Source: Enterobacteriaceae bacterium G50 (GTDB lineage Bacteria; Pseudomonadota; Gammaproteobacteria; Enterobacterales; Enterobacteriaceae). From it: a DNA stretch of 24,000 bases. Below are positions 1 to 9,768 of this stretch, piece after piece. The notes below the pieces were generated by a model. It was given only the letters and a program-made list of their open reading frames with translations. It was not told the origin of the DNA and searched no databases. The first letter of the stretch is position 1. Each line of letters opens with the position of its first letter. The DNA lies in assembly GCA_035726825.1 (NCBI GenBank), contig JALNTX010000007.1, positions 142,883-166,882 on the forward strand, written 5' to 3'. The translations under genes were made by a program, and so were the position numbers.

Positions 1-2195
1 ATGGAAGGGATCATCATCAACAGCAGCGGAATAACTGCAGGTACAATCGCCGGAAGGCTTTTTACATCCGGGTTATAGCGATAGCGGGTTTCGAGGGTCA
101 TCAGGCCATTCTGCGCGTTTGAGGTCGGCTGGCGGCTGGCGACGTCCTGTAGCCAGGTCTGGTGCATTGCCTGCACATAACCCTGCACTGTTTCCGCCCG
201 GCTCGGCATCGCACCATCCACCCAGACGCCGATTTTCACCGGCGTACCGCGCGCAATATCACGGCCAAAGTTGGGCGGAATTTCAATCGCCACCGCCACG
301 TCGCCTGCCCGCATTCGTTTATCCAGCTCGTCATAGCTGGTGAGCGGCGGCTGTTCGATGAAGTAGCGCGAACCAGCAAGATTAAGCGTCCATTCCTGGC
401 TGCTCATGGTTTGGTCGCGATCGAGTACGGCAAAGCGCAGGTTTTCGACATCCATGCTGATGCCGTAACCCATGATCAGCATCAGAATCACCGTGCCGAG
501 CATCGCCAGCGTCGAGCGTACCGGATCGCGTCGCAGTTCCAGCGCTTCCCGGCGACTGTAGCTGAACAGGCGGCGCAGGCTGAAGCCCTGACGCGGCGGT
601 GTTGGCGCTTCATGCGTCACTGGGATGTCGTCCGGTGGCGGCACCTGCGGCGCAGGGCCGGAGGCTTCCTGAAGCCAGGCGATAAACGCCTCTTCCAGAT
701 TCGCCGCGCCACGGCGCGCAACCAGTTCCTGCGGCGTGCCGCTGGCCAGCACCTTGCCCGCATGCATCAGCGACATGCGGTCGCAGCGCTCCGCTTCGTT
801 CATAAAGTGAGTGGAGATGAAAATAGTGACTTTATCCTGCCGCGACAAATCAACCATCAGCTGCCAGAACATATCGCGCGCCACCGGGTCTACACCGGAG
901 GTCGGTTCATCAAGAATGAGCATTTCCGGGCGATGGATCACCGCCACCGCCAGCGACAAACGCTGGCGAATGCCTAACGGCAGCGAGGCGGGCAGCGCGT
1001 CCTCGACGTCGGCGAGCATGAAGCGATCGTTCATTTCAGCGACTCGAGCCGGGATTTCCGCTTCGGGAATATGAAACAGGCGGGCGTGAAGCTCCAGGTT
1101 TTGCCGCACGGTAAGCTCGCTGTAAAGCGAGAATGCCTGCGACATATACCCTACCCGGCGGCGGGTTTCGATATCATTCGGGTCAACCGGCTGGCCGAAC
1201 AGCCAGGCTTCGCCTTCGCTGGCAGGCAGCAAACCTGTCAGCATCTTCATGGTGGTTGATTTGCCGCAGCCGTTGGAGCCGAGAAAACCAAAAATCTCGC
1301 CGCGCGGAATGCGAAAATTCACATGGTCGACTGCGACAAAATCGCCGAAACGCATGGTGAGATCGCGTGCTTCAATGGCGATTTCCGCATTTTCTGCCTG
1401 ATACGGCGGAATGACGACCGGTTTATGCGCCTGCCGCTGCGCCTCGGGCAACAGGGCGATAAATGCCTGCTCCAGCGTCTCGCTGCCGGTTTTATCCCGT
1501 AGCTGTTTCGCGCTGCCCGTCGCCATCACTTCCCCGGCGTTCATCGCCACCAGCCAGTCGAAGCGCTCAGCTTCTTCCATGTACGCGGTTGCGACCAGCA
1601 CGCTCATGTTGCTTTGTCGTTCGCGGATGCTGTCGATCAGATCCCAGAACTGCGCGCGTGAAAGCGGGTCAACGCCGGTCGTCGGTTCATCAAGGATCAA
1701 CAATTCCGGGTCGTGGATCAGCGCGCAGCACAGCCCCAGTTTTTGCTTCATCCCCCCAGAGAGCTTCCCGGCGGGGCGATCGCGGAACGGGGCCAGCCCG
1801 GTGCTGTTCAGCAGTTCGCTGATCCGCGCTTCGCGCTCCGCTTTGTTGTGGCCAAACAGGCGCGCGAAGAAGTCGACGTTTTCATACACCGACAGCGTGT
1901 GATAGAGGTTTTTGCCCAGCCCCTGTGGCATCCAGGCGATACGCGGGCAGACATCACGGCGGTGCGCCGCATCGCGCATATCGCCACCGAGCACCATCAC
2001 GTTGCCTTGTTCAATTACCCGCGCGCCGGAAATCAGCGACAGCAGGCTCGATTTGCCCACGCCATCCGGGCCAATCAACCCCACCATGCAGCGTGAGGGA
2101 ATGTTCAGCGTAATGTTCTTTAACGCCACCGTCGCGCCGTAACGCTGGCCGACGCCTTCAAGCAGCGCGACAGGTTCCCGTACCTGGCCTTTCAT
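1..2195 (-). CDS. rbbA: Ribosome-associated ATPase RbbA: fused double ABC ATPase plus ABC-2 permease. Partial, the C-terminal part runs off the left edge.
   Basis: Minus-strand ATG at 2195-2193 gives [20 protein letters not shown]...[12 protein letters not shown] (Walker A). A second Walker [15 protein letters not shown], is encoded near 1261-1300. The frame at 1-119 reads [24 protein letters not shown], typical of an ABC-2 permease. The track lists no minus ORF here, consistent with a frame open to the edge. Start overlaps the yhiI stop (ATGA). Confidence 0.85.
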   Translation of the reverse strand, partial: MKGQVREPVALLEGVGQRYGATVALKNITLNIPSRCMVGLIGPDGVGKSSLLSLISGARVIEQGNVMVLGGDMRDAAHRRDVCPRIAWMPQGLGKNLYHTLSVYENVDFFARLFGHNKAEREARISELLNSTGLAPFRDRPAGKLSGGMKQKLGLCCALIHDPELLILDEPTTGVDPLSRAQFWDLIDSIRERQSNMSVLVATAYMEEAERFDWLVAMNAGEVMATGSAKQLRDKTGSETLEQAFIALLPEAQRQAHKPVVIPPYQAENAEIAIEARDLTMRFGDFVAVDHVNFRIPRGEIFGFLGSNGCGKSTTMKMLTGLLPASEGEAWLFGQPVDPNDIETRRRVGYMSQAFSLYSELTVRQNLELHARLFHIPEAEIPARVAEMNDRFMLADVEDALPASLPLGIRQRLSLAVAVIHRPEMLILDEPTSGVDPVARDMFWQLMVDLSRQDKVTIFISTHFMNEAERCDRMSLMHAGKVLASGTPQELVARRGAANLEEAFIAWLQEASGPAPQVPPPDDIPVTHEAPTPPRQGFSLRRLFSYSRREALELRRDPVRSTLAMLGTVILMLIMGYGISMDVENLRFAVLDRDQTMSSQEWTLNLAGSRYFIEQPPLTSYDELDKRMRAGDVAVAIEIPPNFGRDIARGTPVKIGVWVDGAMPSRAETVQGYVQAMHQTWLQDVASRQPTSNAQNGLMTLETRYRYNPDVKSLPAIVPAVIPLLLMMIPS

Positions 2196-3259
2196 TGTGG
2201 CAGCCTCACCACCAGGTCATCCGGCCAGGGCTTCTGCTCATCCAGACGCACCCACGCCATGCCCGGCAGCCCGGTTTTCACATACTCCAGATGCTGTTGC
2301 AGCAGTTCCTGCGGAATGCGCGCCTTCACGCGGAACATCAGTTTCAGCCGCTCATCGCGGGTTTCCACAGTTTTTGGCGTGAACTGGGCGACACTCGCCA
2401 CAAAACTGATGGTCGCCGGCACGCGCAAATCAGGCGCGGCATCAAGCACAAGACGCGCTTCCCCGCCAATCTTCAGCAAACCCGCCTGCTCGGTCGGCAG
2501 GAAGAAGGTCATATAAACATCGCTGAGATCGACCATATTGAGTACCCGGCCGCCCGCCGCCAGCACTTCGCCCGGCTCGGCGACGCGATACTGCACACGC
2601 CCGTCGCGCGGGGCTTTCAGTTCGCTGTCGTCGATATCAGCCTGAATGCGCCGCTCGGTAGCCTGCGCCGCTTCGACGCGGGTTTGTGCCTGAATGATAT
2701 TGGTGCGCGCCGCTTCAATCGCCGCGTTAGACGCCGAAACCTGCGCCTTTGCCGACTCCAGCGCCGCACGTGCGCTTTCTGCCGCTGCGCGATCGTCATC
2801 TAACTGCTGGGCAGACACCGCGCCGCGCGTCGATAGCGTCTGCGAACGAGTGTGCCGTTTAGAGACGGATGCCAGCTCGGCATCACGCTGCTTCACCACC
2901 GCCTGCGCCGCACGCATCTCGCTCTGACGCTGCTCCAGCAAGGCTCGCGCAGCCGCGACCGCGCTTTCCGCTTCTTTGATTTGCGCGATAGCTTCCTGGC
3001 GTTGCTCGTTCAGCACGCGGGTATCCATCTTCGCCAGCACCTCGCCCTGACGCACAAACTGCCCTTCCGATACCAGAATGGTGTCGATGCGCCCGGCGAT
3101 TTTGGTAGCGATATCCACTTCCGTGGCCTCGATTCTGCCATTGCTGGCGGCGAAACCGTCAGGCACGCCTGCGGGGCGTAGCATCCACCACGCCACGGCA
3201 GCCACCACCACCACGATGCCAATGATCCACCACGTCAAATGACGCTTAATGTTTTCCAT
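2192..3259 (-). CDS. yhiI: HlyD-family membrane fusion/periplasmic adaptor protein of the YhiI-RbbA-YhhJ transporter
   Basis: 355-aa ORF with an N-terminal anchor helix ([18 protein letters not shown]), a long Ala/Gln/Arg-rich coiled coil and beta-barrel-like ends. Its TGA overlaps the rbbA ATG, suggesting translational coupling. Same position as in K-12. Confidence 0.85.
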   Translation of the reverse strand: MENIKRHLTWWIIGIVVVVAAVAWWMLRPAGVPDGFAASNGRIEATEVDIATKIAGRIDTILVSEGQFVRQGEVLAKMDTRVLNEQRQEAIAQIKEAESAVAAARALLEQRQSEMRAAQAVVKQRDAELASVSKRHTRSQTLSTRGAVSAQQLDDDRAAAESARAALESAKAQVSASNAAIEAARTNIIQAQTRVEAAQATERRIQADIDDSELKAPRDGRVQYRVAEPGEVLAAGGRVLNMVDLSDVYMTFFLPTEQAGLLKIGGEARLVLDAAPDLRVPATISFVASVAQFTPKTVETRDERLKLMFRVKARIPQELLQQHLEYVKTGLPGMAWVRLDEQKPWPDDLVVRLPQ

Positions 3260-3599
3260 ACTCGACCCGCCATAATCCCTGTTAGCTAACCACGCGTGCC
3301 ATAATGCGCGCCGAACACGCGTTCAGCGACGATTCCCCTCCGGGATAAGAAGGAAAGAAGAGAGAAAGCCAGACGGTGTACAGGCGTCGGGATGACGCTC
3401 ACCGTAAAGGAGAGTGCTGGATGAAGGTGTTGCGAAATCGGGTAGTAATGTTGTCATCATCAGCGTTCCTGGCCGTAAATGAAACACGCGTACTCATTGA
3501 TACTGTCAATGTGATAGTAACACCTGGTTTTTGTATGTCTATTGTGTAAATGAAATGAGTTTAACCTCAATAAATTATAAACAGACACAACTATTAAAG

Positions 3600-3628
3600 T
3601 TGTTAACTATTTTGATAATGGCTATTCT
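3600..3628 (+). promoter_or_regulatory. Candidate sigma70 promoter for the M-box/mgtE transcript
   Basis: TTGTTA (3600-3605), 17-nt spacer, TATTCT (3623-3628). This would place the transcription start about 10 nt before the riboswitch P1 helix. Pattern match only. Confidence 0.3.
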
Positions 3629-3644
3629 GCCGACTCAATTTAAC

Positions 3645-3819
3645 GATCTCGTTATGGCGAGGCTCCTGTACAAAAATAAGTTATCGCCCTGTTGGTATCG
3701 AGAGAGACCGCTCAGGGAAATACAGGCATCCATCGAATCAAGGTGTTGCCAAGATAACTTCTGCCAAAATGCTTTTGGTCAGATACGTTGTACAGTGCTA
3801 AATCCAGGACGTAGGGATC
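3645..3819 (+). promoter_or_regulatory. M-box (ykoK leader) Mg2+-sensing riboswitch aptamer
   Basis: Blocks match my recollection of the B. subtilis mgtE M-box. CGTTATGGCGAGGCTCCTGTA matches CGUUAGGUGAGGCUCCUGUA. CATCGAATCAAGGTG matches CAUCGACAUAAGGUG. GTACAGTGCTAAATCC..ACGTAGG matches AUACAGUGCUAAAGCUCUACGAUUG. GATC/GATC closes P1. It lies directly upstream of an MgtE-family gene. Confidence 0.8.
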
Positions 3820-3876
3820 TGCTTTGCTAATCCTGTCTTGTTCGCCCCTATGAGAACTTTTCTATAGGGAAATTTT

Positions 3877-4890
3877 ATGTCCTCCATTCAATATGATGCT
3901 ATCCACAATGGCTTAACGGCTTTCCAGGGTGATGCGATCGCACAATATATGCGTACTGATTTTATGACGTTACCCGACGATCTTTGCGTGGGCGAAGCAC
4001 GCGACCGCTTTATTTCTCAACTCTCTCTTCAGGATATACCTGGACAACTTTTTGTTGTCGCCGGTAAAACGCTACGCGGCGTACTCTCAATAAAAAAGCT
4101 CCTTCAGGAAAAAGATTTAAAACTTCCGATTATCCATCTAATGGACAATTGCTTGCTCCGTGTGAAGCCTGATGCAGAGCGTGCTGAAGTTGTGGCTACT
4201 CTTGCACAGCGCGAGCTGGATGTTATTCCCGTTGTCGATAAAGGCGAGCTTGTAGGCTGCCTGACGATGAAAGAGATTGTGCATTTGCAGGAAGACGACG
4301 TTACCGAGGATGCTCAATTACAGGGAGCCACGCTTCCTTTAGAAAAACCATATCTTGATATGACGCCATGGGCGTTATGGAAAAAACGTTCTGTCTGGCT
4401 GCTATTACTATTTGTCGCTGAAGCCTATACCAGCAGTGTGCTTCAACATTTTGAGGAGTCGCTGGAGTCTGCTATCGCACTGGCGTTTTTCATACCTTTA
4501 TTGATAGGTACTGGAGGAAACAGTGGTACCCAAATTACCTCAACGCTTGTACGCGCGATGGCCCTTGGTGAGGTGCGTTTACGTGATATGGGGCAGGTTA
4601 TTCGTAAAGAGGTGACAACCTCATTCATGATTGCGCTGACATTGGGTCTTGCGGGCTGTTTCCGAGCCTGGATGATGGGGATTGGCGTCGAAATCACCAT
4701 GATCGTTAGCCTAACGTTAGTTTGCATAACGCTCTGGAGCGCAATTGTGTCCTCAGTCATTCCAATGGTGCTTAAGCGGATTGGCATCGATCCCGCAGTT
4801 GTATCTGCGCCCTTTATTGCAACGCTGATTGATGGCACAGGTCTTATTATCTACTTTAAAATCGCCCAGTATTTTCTTGGGTTGAATTAA
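3877..4890 (+). CDS. mgtE: MgtE-family Mg2+ transporter, short form: CBS pair plus MgtE transmembrane domain, without the ~130-aa MgtE N-domain
   Basis: 337-aa ORF. The CBS-like region includes VIPVVDKGELVGCLTMKEIV. The TM domain has MgtE hallmarks FIPLLIGTGGNSGTQ and DPAVVSAPFIATLIDGTGLIIYF. SD AGGGA lies 7 nt upstream. GC is visibly lower than in the flanking genes. Confidence 0.85.
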   Translation: MSSIQYDAIHNGLTAFQGDAIAQYMRTDFMTLPDDLCVGEARDRFISQLSLQDIPGQLFVVAGKTLRGVLSIKKLLQEKDLKLPIIHLMDNCLLRVKPDAERAEVVATLAQRELDVIPVVDKGELVGCLTMKEIVHLQEDDVTEDAQLQGATLPLEKPYLDMTPWALWKKRSVWLLLLFVAEAYTSSVLQHFEESLESAIALAFFIPLLIGTGGNSGTQITSTLVRAMALGEVRLRDMGQVIRKEVTTSFMIALTLGLAGCFRAWMMGIGVEITMIVSLTLVCITLWSAIVSSVIPMVLKRIGIDPAVVSAPFIATLIDGTGLIIYFKIAQYFLGLN

Positions 4891-4897
4891 TCATTTT

Positions 4898-4920
4898 CCG
4901 GCAGCATGGCTGCCGGCTTT
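4898..4920 (+). terminator. Weak intrinsic terminator candidate after mgtE
   Basis: CCGGCAGC-atg-GCTGCCGG hairpin followed only by CTTT. Confidence 0.35.
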
Positions 4921-4947
4921 GCGAGAACGAACAGGTGATAAGAACAC

Positions 4948-6153
4948 CTATTTGCCTGTAGCGCTCTCCCCCAGCGCCTGTGCGCAGGCCCAGGCGCTCG
5001 ACCATGCCCACTGGAAGTTATATCCGCCCAGCCAGCCGGTGACATCCATCACTTCGCCAATGAAATAGAGCCCCGGCACTTTACGCGCTTCCATGGTTCG
5101 GGAAGAGAGTTCGTTGGTATCCACGCCGCCCAGCGTTACTTCTGCTGTGCGATACCCTTCCGTGCCGTTAGGCTGCACGCGCCATTCGGTTAAGATCTCC
5201 ACCAGCGTTTGCTGATCGCGCACGTTAAGCTGTTTCAGCGTGACATCCGGAATCTGCCCCAACTGCTGCAAACACTCCACCAGGCGTTTCGGCAGATGCA
5301 TCGCGAGGGTGTTTTTCAGGCTCTGATTCGGGTGTTCCGCGCGCTGCGCATCAAGGAATTCGACAAGGTCGATATCCGGCAACAGGTTAATGGTGACAAA
5401 CTCCCCTGGCTGCCAGTAGCTGGAAATCTGCAACACCGCCGGGCCAGAGAGGCCGCGATGGGTAAACAGCAGGCTTTCACGAAAAACGGTGCCGTCTTCA
5501 GCGCTAATCACTGAAGGTACTGAAACGCCGGAGATAGTCTGGGAAACATCCAGCATCGGTTTGTGCAGAGTAAAAGGTACCAGCCCGGCGCGGGTTGGCA
5601 GAACCTTCAGGCCAAACTGTTCAGCTATTTTGTAACCAAATGGCGAGGCGCCAAGACCCGGCATCGACAATCCGCCGCTGGCAATCACCAGTTTTTTCGT
5701 GGTGACCGTTTCACCGTTGAGTTGCAGGCAAAAGCCCGCTTCATCACGCTCAACGCTCAATACTTCGCTACGCAGGCGTGTCGTAACGTTACCTTTTGCA
5801 CACTCATCTACCAGCAGCTTCACGATTTGCTCGGCGGAATCATCGCAGAACAATTGCCCCAGCGTCTTCTCATGCCAGGCGATGCCGTGTTTTCCGACCA
5901 GGTCGATGAAGTCCCATTGGGTGTAGCGCGCCAGCGCAGATTTGCAAAAATGCGGGTTTTGGCTGAGATATGCCGCGGGCTCGACATAAAGATTAGTAAA
6001 GTTGCAGCGGCCGCCGCCGGACATCAAAATCTTGCGCCCCGGTTTCTTACCGTTATCCAGTAGCAGCACGCGCAGGCCCGCCTGCCCGGCCTGCGCGGCA
6101 CAAAACATTCCTGCGGCACCTGCCCCAATTACAATGGCATCAAACCTTTCCAC
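4948..6153 (-). CDS. yhiN: NAD(P)/FAD-dependent oxidoreductase, HI0933/BaiN-like
   Basis: 401 aa. The N-terminus MERFDAIVIGAGAAGMFCAAQAGQAG carries a GxGxxG dinucleotide fold. Matches remembered K-12 YhiN and sits divergent from pitA as in K-12. Confidence 0.85.
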   Translation of the reverse strand: MERFDAIVIGAGAAGMFCAAQAGQAGLRVLLLDNGKKPGRKILMSGGGRCNFTNLYVEPAAYLSQNPHFCKSALARYTQWDFIDLVGKHGIAWHEKTLGQLFCDDSAEQIVKLLVDECAKGNVTTRLRSEVLSVERDEAGFCLQLNGETVTTKKLVIASGGLSMPGLGASPFGYKIAEQFGLKVLPTRAGLVPFTLHKPMLDVSQTISGVSVPSVISAEDGTVFRESLLFTHRGLSGPAVLQISSYWQPGEFVTINLLPDIDLVEFLDAQRAEHPNQSLKNTLAMHLPKRLVECLQQLGQIPDVTLKQLNVRDQQTLVEILTEWRVQPNGTEGYRTAEVTLGGVDTNELSSRTMEARKVPGLYFIGEVMDVTGWLGGYNFQWAWSSAWACAQALGESATGK

Positions 6154-6383
6154 GCACTATCCTCAACTTAGAGATTGTCGGGAAGTGTAAATTTTTAAGG
6201 CATGTCCTACCAGTGAAATATAGGACAATCCTATATATGCATTTGAAAAGTCTTAAAAAATCATTTTCACCAGTTATACAAAGATGGGGAAATATCAAAA
6301 AAAGTCTATATTTCACTTTGCCCGCGCTGCCAAAGTCCATGATAATGCCGCGCGTTCATGTCCTCAAAATGGCGTAACGTACT

Positions 6384-7880
6384 ATGTTACATTTGTTTGC
6401 AGGCCTGGATTTACATACCGGGCTTTTGTTGGTACTTGCTCTGATTTTTGTCCTGTTCTACGAAGCGATTAACGGCTTCCATGACACGGCAAACGCAGTG
6501 GCAACCGTGATTTATACTCGCGCTATGCGATCGCAGCTTGCGGTTGCCATGGCGGCTATCTTTAACTTTTTCGGCGTTCTGCTGGGCGGCCTGAGCGTAG
6601 CCTATGCCATCGTGCATATGTTACCGACGGATCTCCTGTTGAATGTCAGTTCGGCGCACGGCCTCGCCATGGTCTTCTCCATGTTGTTGGCTGCGATTAT
6701 CTGGAACCTCGGCACCTGGTATTTTGGTCTGCCAGCATCCAGTTCCCACACGCTGATTGGCGCGATTATCGGTATTGGTTTAACCAATGCGCTGATGACC
6801 GGCACATCGGTGGTGGATGCGCTTAACATCCCGAAAGTGTTAAATATTTTTGCTTCCCTCATTGTGTCACCGATTGTCGGCCTGGTCTTCGCAGGTGGTC
6901 TGGTGTTCCTGCTGCGTCGCTACTGGAGCGGTACGAAAAAACGTGCGCGTATCCACCTGACGCCAGCAGAGCGTGAAAAGAAAGACGGTAAGAAAAAGCC
7001 GCCATTCTGGACACGTATCGCCCTGATCCTCTCGGCTATCGGCGTTGCGTTCTCTCACGGCGCGAACGACGGTCAGAAAGGCATTGGTCTGATCATGCTG
7101 GTACTGATTGGCGTGGCTCCGGCAGGGTTCGTGGTCAACATGAACGCGTCTGGCTACGAAATCACCCGTACCCGCGATGCTATCAATAACGTTGAAGTCT
7201 TCTATCAGCAGCATCCTGCGTTGCTGAAAAAAGTCACCGGCGTTGACCAAATCATTCCTGAGCCTGACACCGCTATCACGCCTTCCGGCGAGCTGCACTG
7301 TCATCCGGCGAACTCTCTCTATGCGTTAACCCGCGTGAAGAACATGCTGGCGGATATCGAGACCTACGACAAACTGAGCGTCGAGCAGCGTAGTCAGCTG
7401 CGTCGCATCATGCTGTGTATCTCTGATACCACCGACAAAGTCGCTAAGCTGCCGGAAGTGAGCGCTGACGATCAGCGTCTGCTGAAGAAACTGAAAGGCG
7501 ATATGCTCAACACCATCGAGTACGCGCCAATCTGGATTATCATGGCGGTCGCGCTGGCGTTGGGTTGCGGTACGATGATTGGCTGGCGTCGCGTGGCGAC
7601 CACCATCGGTGAGAAAATCGGTAAGAAAGGCATGACTTACGCACAGGGTATGGCGGCGCAGATGACCTCTGCGGTATCCATCGGCCTGGCGAGTTATACC
7701 GGGATGCCGGTATCCACCACCCACGTTCTCTCCTCCTCCGTGGCGGGTACGATGATCGTGGACGGCGGCGGTCTGCAACGTAAAACGGTCACCAACATCC
7801 TGATGGCCTGGGTCTTCACGCTTCCGGCGTCGATCCTGCTGTCAGGCGGGTTGTACTGGCTGGCTCTGAAGATTATCTAA
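6384..7880 (+). CDS. pitA: Low-affinity inorganic phosphate (metal-phosphate) transporter PitA
   Basis: 498 aa. [13 protein letters not shown]...[16 protein letters not shown] and [13 protein letters not shown] are the duplicated PHO4 motifs. Near-identical to remembered E. coli PitA. Confidence 0.95.
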   Translation: MLHLFAGLDLHTGLLLVLALIFVLFYEAINGFHDTANAVATVIYTRAMRSQLAVAMAAIFNFFGVLLGGLSVAYAIVHMLPTDLLLNVSSAHGLAMVFSMLLAAIIWNLGTWYFGLPASSSHTLIGAIIGIGLTNALMTGTSVVDALNIPKVLNIFASLIVSPIVGLVFAGGLVFLLRRYWSGTKKRARIHLTPAEREKKDGKKKPPFWTRIALILSAIGVAFSHGANDGQKGIGLIMLVLIGVAPAGFVVNMNASGYEITRTRDAINNVEVFYQQHPALLKKVTGVDQIIPEPDTAITPSGELHCHPANSLYALTRVKNMLADIETYDKLSVEQRSQLRRIMLCISDTTDKVAKLPEVSADDQRLLKKLKGDMLNTIEYAPIWIIMAVALALGCGTMIGWRRVATTIGEKIGKKGMTYAQGMAAQMTSAVSIGLASYTGMPVSTTHVLSSSVAGTMIVDGGGLQRKTVTNILMAWVFTLPASILLSGGLYWLALKII

Positions 7881-7893
7881 TCTTCAGGCAGAC

Positions 7894-7930
7894 AAAAAAG
7901 ACGGGTCAGGAAACTGGCCCGTCTTTTTTT
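7894..7930. terminator. Bidirectional intrinsic terminator shared by convergent pitA and uspB
   Basis: AAAAAAGACGGGTCAGgaaaCTGGCCCGTCTTTTTTT. A GC-rich stem is flanked by an A-run and a T-run. Confidence 0.8.
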
Positions 7931-7941
7931 ATGTTGAAAGA

Positions 7942-8277
7942 TTAATGCCAGAGCGCCAGTGCAATCAGGCTTACCACCACTAATCCACACAACGAACTGG
8001 TCAAAATGAACTGGCGGCGTACGCGCTCACAGCGGCGAATAAACTCGTCGTCATGATGGTCGCGATAACGCTGACCGTAAATGTACCAAACCAGCCTCAC
8101 CTGCTTGCTGGGTTGGCCATGTGAGGTAAAAAACCCACCACCATCAACATATTGATAGAGCAAGGGATCGCAACCACGCAGCACCACTAGCAATGCACGC
8201 AACGACGAGAAATAGCGTGCCATATTCACCACACAGACGACACACAGGGCCCAAAACAGCGCGATTGTGCTGATCAT
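7942..8277 (-). CDS. uspB: Universal stress protein B (small inner-membrane protein)
   Basis: 111 aa, [30 protein letters not shown]..., with two hydrophobic helices. Divergent from uspA as in E. coli. Confidence 0.9.
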   Translation of the reverse strand: MISTIALFWALCVVCVVNMARYFSSLRALLVVLRGCDPLLYQYVDGGGFFTSHGQPSKQVRLVWYIYGQRYRDHHDDEFIRRCERVRRQFILTSSLCGLVVVSLIALALWH

Positions 8278-8507
8278 ACCTCCTCCCCGGCGACCCGCCC
8301 AAAGGAGACACCTCCCGGGCTACCGCACCCCAATTACTCATAGCTCCAGACAGCTCAGTGAAAAAGGTGAGAATCCGATCACGTTTATTTGCCCGACCGG
8401 CTCATTAAATAGTGTAGGAGATTAGTGAAATTTTTTACCACAACCTTAAGCGTTATCAATACGAGTGTTGCGAAAAATTTGTTTAACAAATTGGTGATCG
8501 CGTCGCA

Positions 8508-8534
8508 TTGACGCGCAGACCCGGTCGCTATAAT
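8508..8534 (+). promoter_or_regulatory. Candidate uspA promoter
   Basis: TTGACG (8508-8513) and a perfect TATAAT (8529-8534). The spacer is only 15 nt, so the -35 assignment is uncertain. It implies a ~160-nt leader. Confidence 0.45.
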
Positions 8535-8702
8535 GTAGAAATATCTTCTACAATGAGGTCTTTAAGATTATTACAAGGCCTGATTGGCATCCACGGATGC
8601 AGCAGAATTTAGGCAGGGCTAAACCCCCGCGCAATCGACTTGCAGGACGCGGGCGACTTAACGCCCATTGGTCATCGACAACTTTATGGAAGGAGTAACA
8701 CC

Positions 8703-9140
8703 ATGGCTTACAAACACATTCTTATCGCGGTAGACCTGTCACCAGAAAGCAAAGTGCTGGTTGAGAAAGCCGTATCTATGGCACGCCCTTACAACGCGAA
8801 AGTTTCCCTGATTCATGTTGATGTGAATTACTCCGATCTCTATACCGGCCTTATCGATGTAAATCTGGGCGATATGCAGAAACGCATTTCGGAAGAGACG
8901 CACCACGCGCTGTCTGAGCTGTCCACCAATGCGGGTTACCCGATTACTGAAACCCTGAGCGGCAGCGGCGATCTGGGTCAAGTGCTGGTCGACGCCATCA
9001 AGAAATACGATATGGACCTGGTGGTTTGCGGTCATCATCAGGACTTCTGGAGCAAGCTGATGTCTTCTGCGCGTCAGCTGATCAACACCGTTCACGTCGA
9101 TATGTTGATCGTTCCGCTGCGCGACGAAGAAGAGGAGTAA
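8703..9140 (+). CDS. uspA: Universal stress protein A
   Basis: [40 protein letters not shown]... matches remembered E. coli UspA. SD GGAAGGAG precedes the ATG at 8703. The track's 8640 start is an upstream extension. Confidence 0.95.
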   Translation: MAYKHILIAVDLSPESKVLVEKAVSMARPYNAKVSLIHVDVNYSDLYTGLIDVNLGDMQKRISEETHHALSELSTNAGYPITETLSGSGDLGQVLVDAIKKYDMDLVVCGHHQDFWSKLMSSARQLINTVHVDMLIVPLRDEEEE

Positions 9141-9161
9141 TCGCCTCTCGCGCATAATGAC

Positions 9162-9188
9162 AACGCCCGCTTTTGCGGGCGTTTTGTT
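9162..9188 (+). terminator. Intrinsic terminator of uspA
   Basis: AACGCCCGC-tttt-GCGGGCGTT followed by TTGTT. Confidence 0.75.
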
Positions 9189-9198
9189 AAATACGTTG

Positions 9199-9224
9199 GC
9201 CTGATAAGCGCAGCGCCATCAGGC
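9199..9224. repeat. REP (palindromic unit) element
   Basis: GCCTGATaagcgcagcgccATCAGGC, the classic enterobacterial REP form, between convergent uspA and the Rrf2 gene. Confidence 0.7.
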
Positions 9225-9231
9225 AATTCAG

Positions 9232-9735
9232 CTACGCTTTGCGCGCGGCAATCCAGTCCTGCACCTCGATAACAAATTCATCCGGCGCTTTGCGGTACAT
9301 CTTGCGGGCAAGGTCGAGGATCGTGTGCTGAGCCAGCGCCTCTTCCATCCGTTGCTGTGCCATATCCATTACCGAGCGCACGCCGCAGATACCTTCACAC
9401 GCCCACTGTGGCGGGTTTTCATCAAACACCGCCAGCCGTTGGCGAATCTCGCGGCATTCAAAGATGCGTTTCTCACCGTCGATGGCAACAGCTACGTCTT
9501 TCACCGTGATGTGCTCCGCCGGTTTAGCCAGTTGAAAACCGCCGCCCTTCCCTTCAATGCTCCGCACCAGCCCGGCTTTTGACAGGCGGGTGAAGATTTT
9601 GGCGAGGTAGTCATAAGGCACGCTTTGCAGCTCAGCAATTTCGCGCACGCTCATGTCACGGGCGTCGCCCTTACTGTCTACCATGCACATCAGGCTATGG
9701 ATGCCGTACTCAACCCCGGAACTGTAAAATGCCAT
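9232..9735 (-). CDS. Rrf2-family transcriptional regulator, possibly Fe-S cluster/redox sensing
   Basis: 167 aa. Rrf2 winged-helix core (REIAELQSVPYDYLAKIFTRLSKAGLVRSIEGKGGGFQLA). Candidate ligands are E9, H13, C94, C113 and C117. Divergent from a flavoprotein gene. Confidence 0.8.
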   Translation of the reverse strand: MAFYSSGVEYGIHSLMCMVDSKGDARDMSVREIAELQSVPYDYLAKIFTRLSKAGLVRSIEGKGGGFQLAKPAEHITVKDVAVAIDGEKRIFECREIRQRLAVFDENPPQWACEGICGVRSVMDMAQQRMEEALAQHTILDLARKMYRKAPDEFVIEVQDWIAARKA

Positions 9736-9753
9736 GCTTTAATCTCAGCCAAT

Positions 9754-9768
9754 ATAACTCTGAGTTAT
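9754..9768. promoter_or_regulatory. Candidate Rrf2 operator (perfect 7-1-7 inverted repeat)
   Basis: ATAACTC-t-GAGTTAT, 19 bp upstream of the Rrf2 start codon in the divergent intergenic region. A second short IR, GCGAT-N6-ATCGC, lies at 9788-9803. Confidence 0.4.

Noticed and set aside
119-2142. Ten plus-strand ORFs from the track (for example 162-977 at 271 aa, and 1411-1902 at 163 aa)
   Set aside because: All are antisense to the rbbA frame, which shows clear Walker A and ABC-2 motifs. Their Arg/Ala/Pro-rich, low-complexity translations are typical of high-GC antisense artefacts.
3421-3549. 42-aa ORF (MKVLRNRVVMLSSSAFLAVNE...) with a GGAG 8 nt upstream
   Set aside because: It has no recognizable family, is too short to evaluate without conservation data, and may be chance. 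It is worth a look only if ribosome profiling or conservation supports it.
3531-3830. 99-aa ORF (MYVYCVNEMSLTSINYK...)
   Set aside because: It overlaps the M-box aptamer almost exactly, has no SD, and is AT-rich with an implausible composition. The RNA explanation fits better.
6411-7778. Several minus-strand ORFs inside pitA (68-150 aa)
   Set aside because: They are antisense to an unambiguous PitA frame and have Arg/His-rich artefactual composition.
8640-8702. Upstream extension of uspA in the track (166 aa)
   Set aside because: It uses a non-ATG start with no SD. The canonical [10 protein letters not shown] start at 8703 has a strong SD and matches E. coli UspA.
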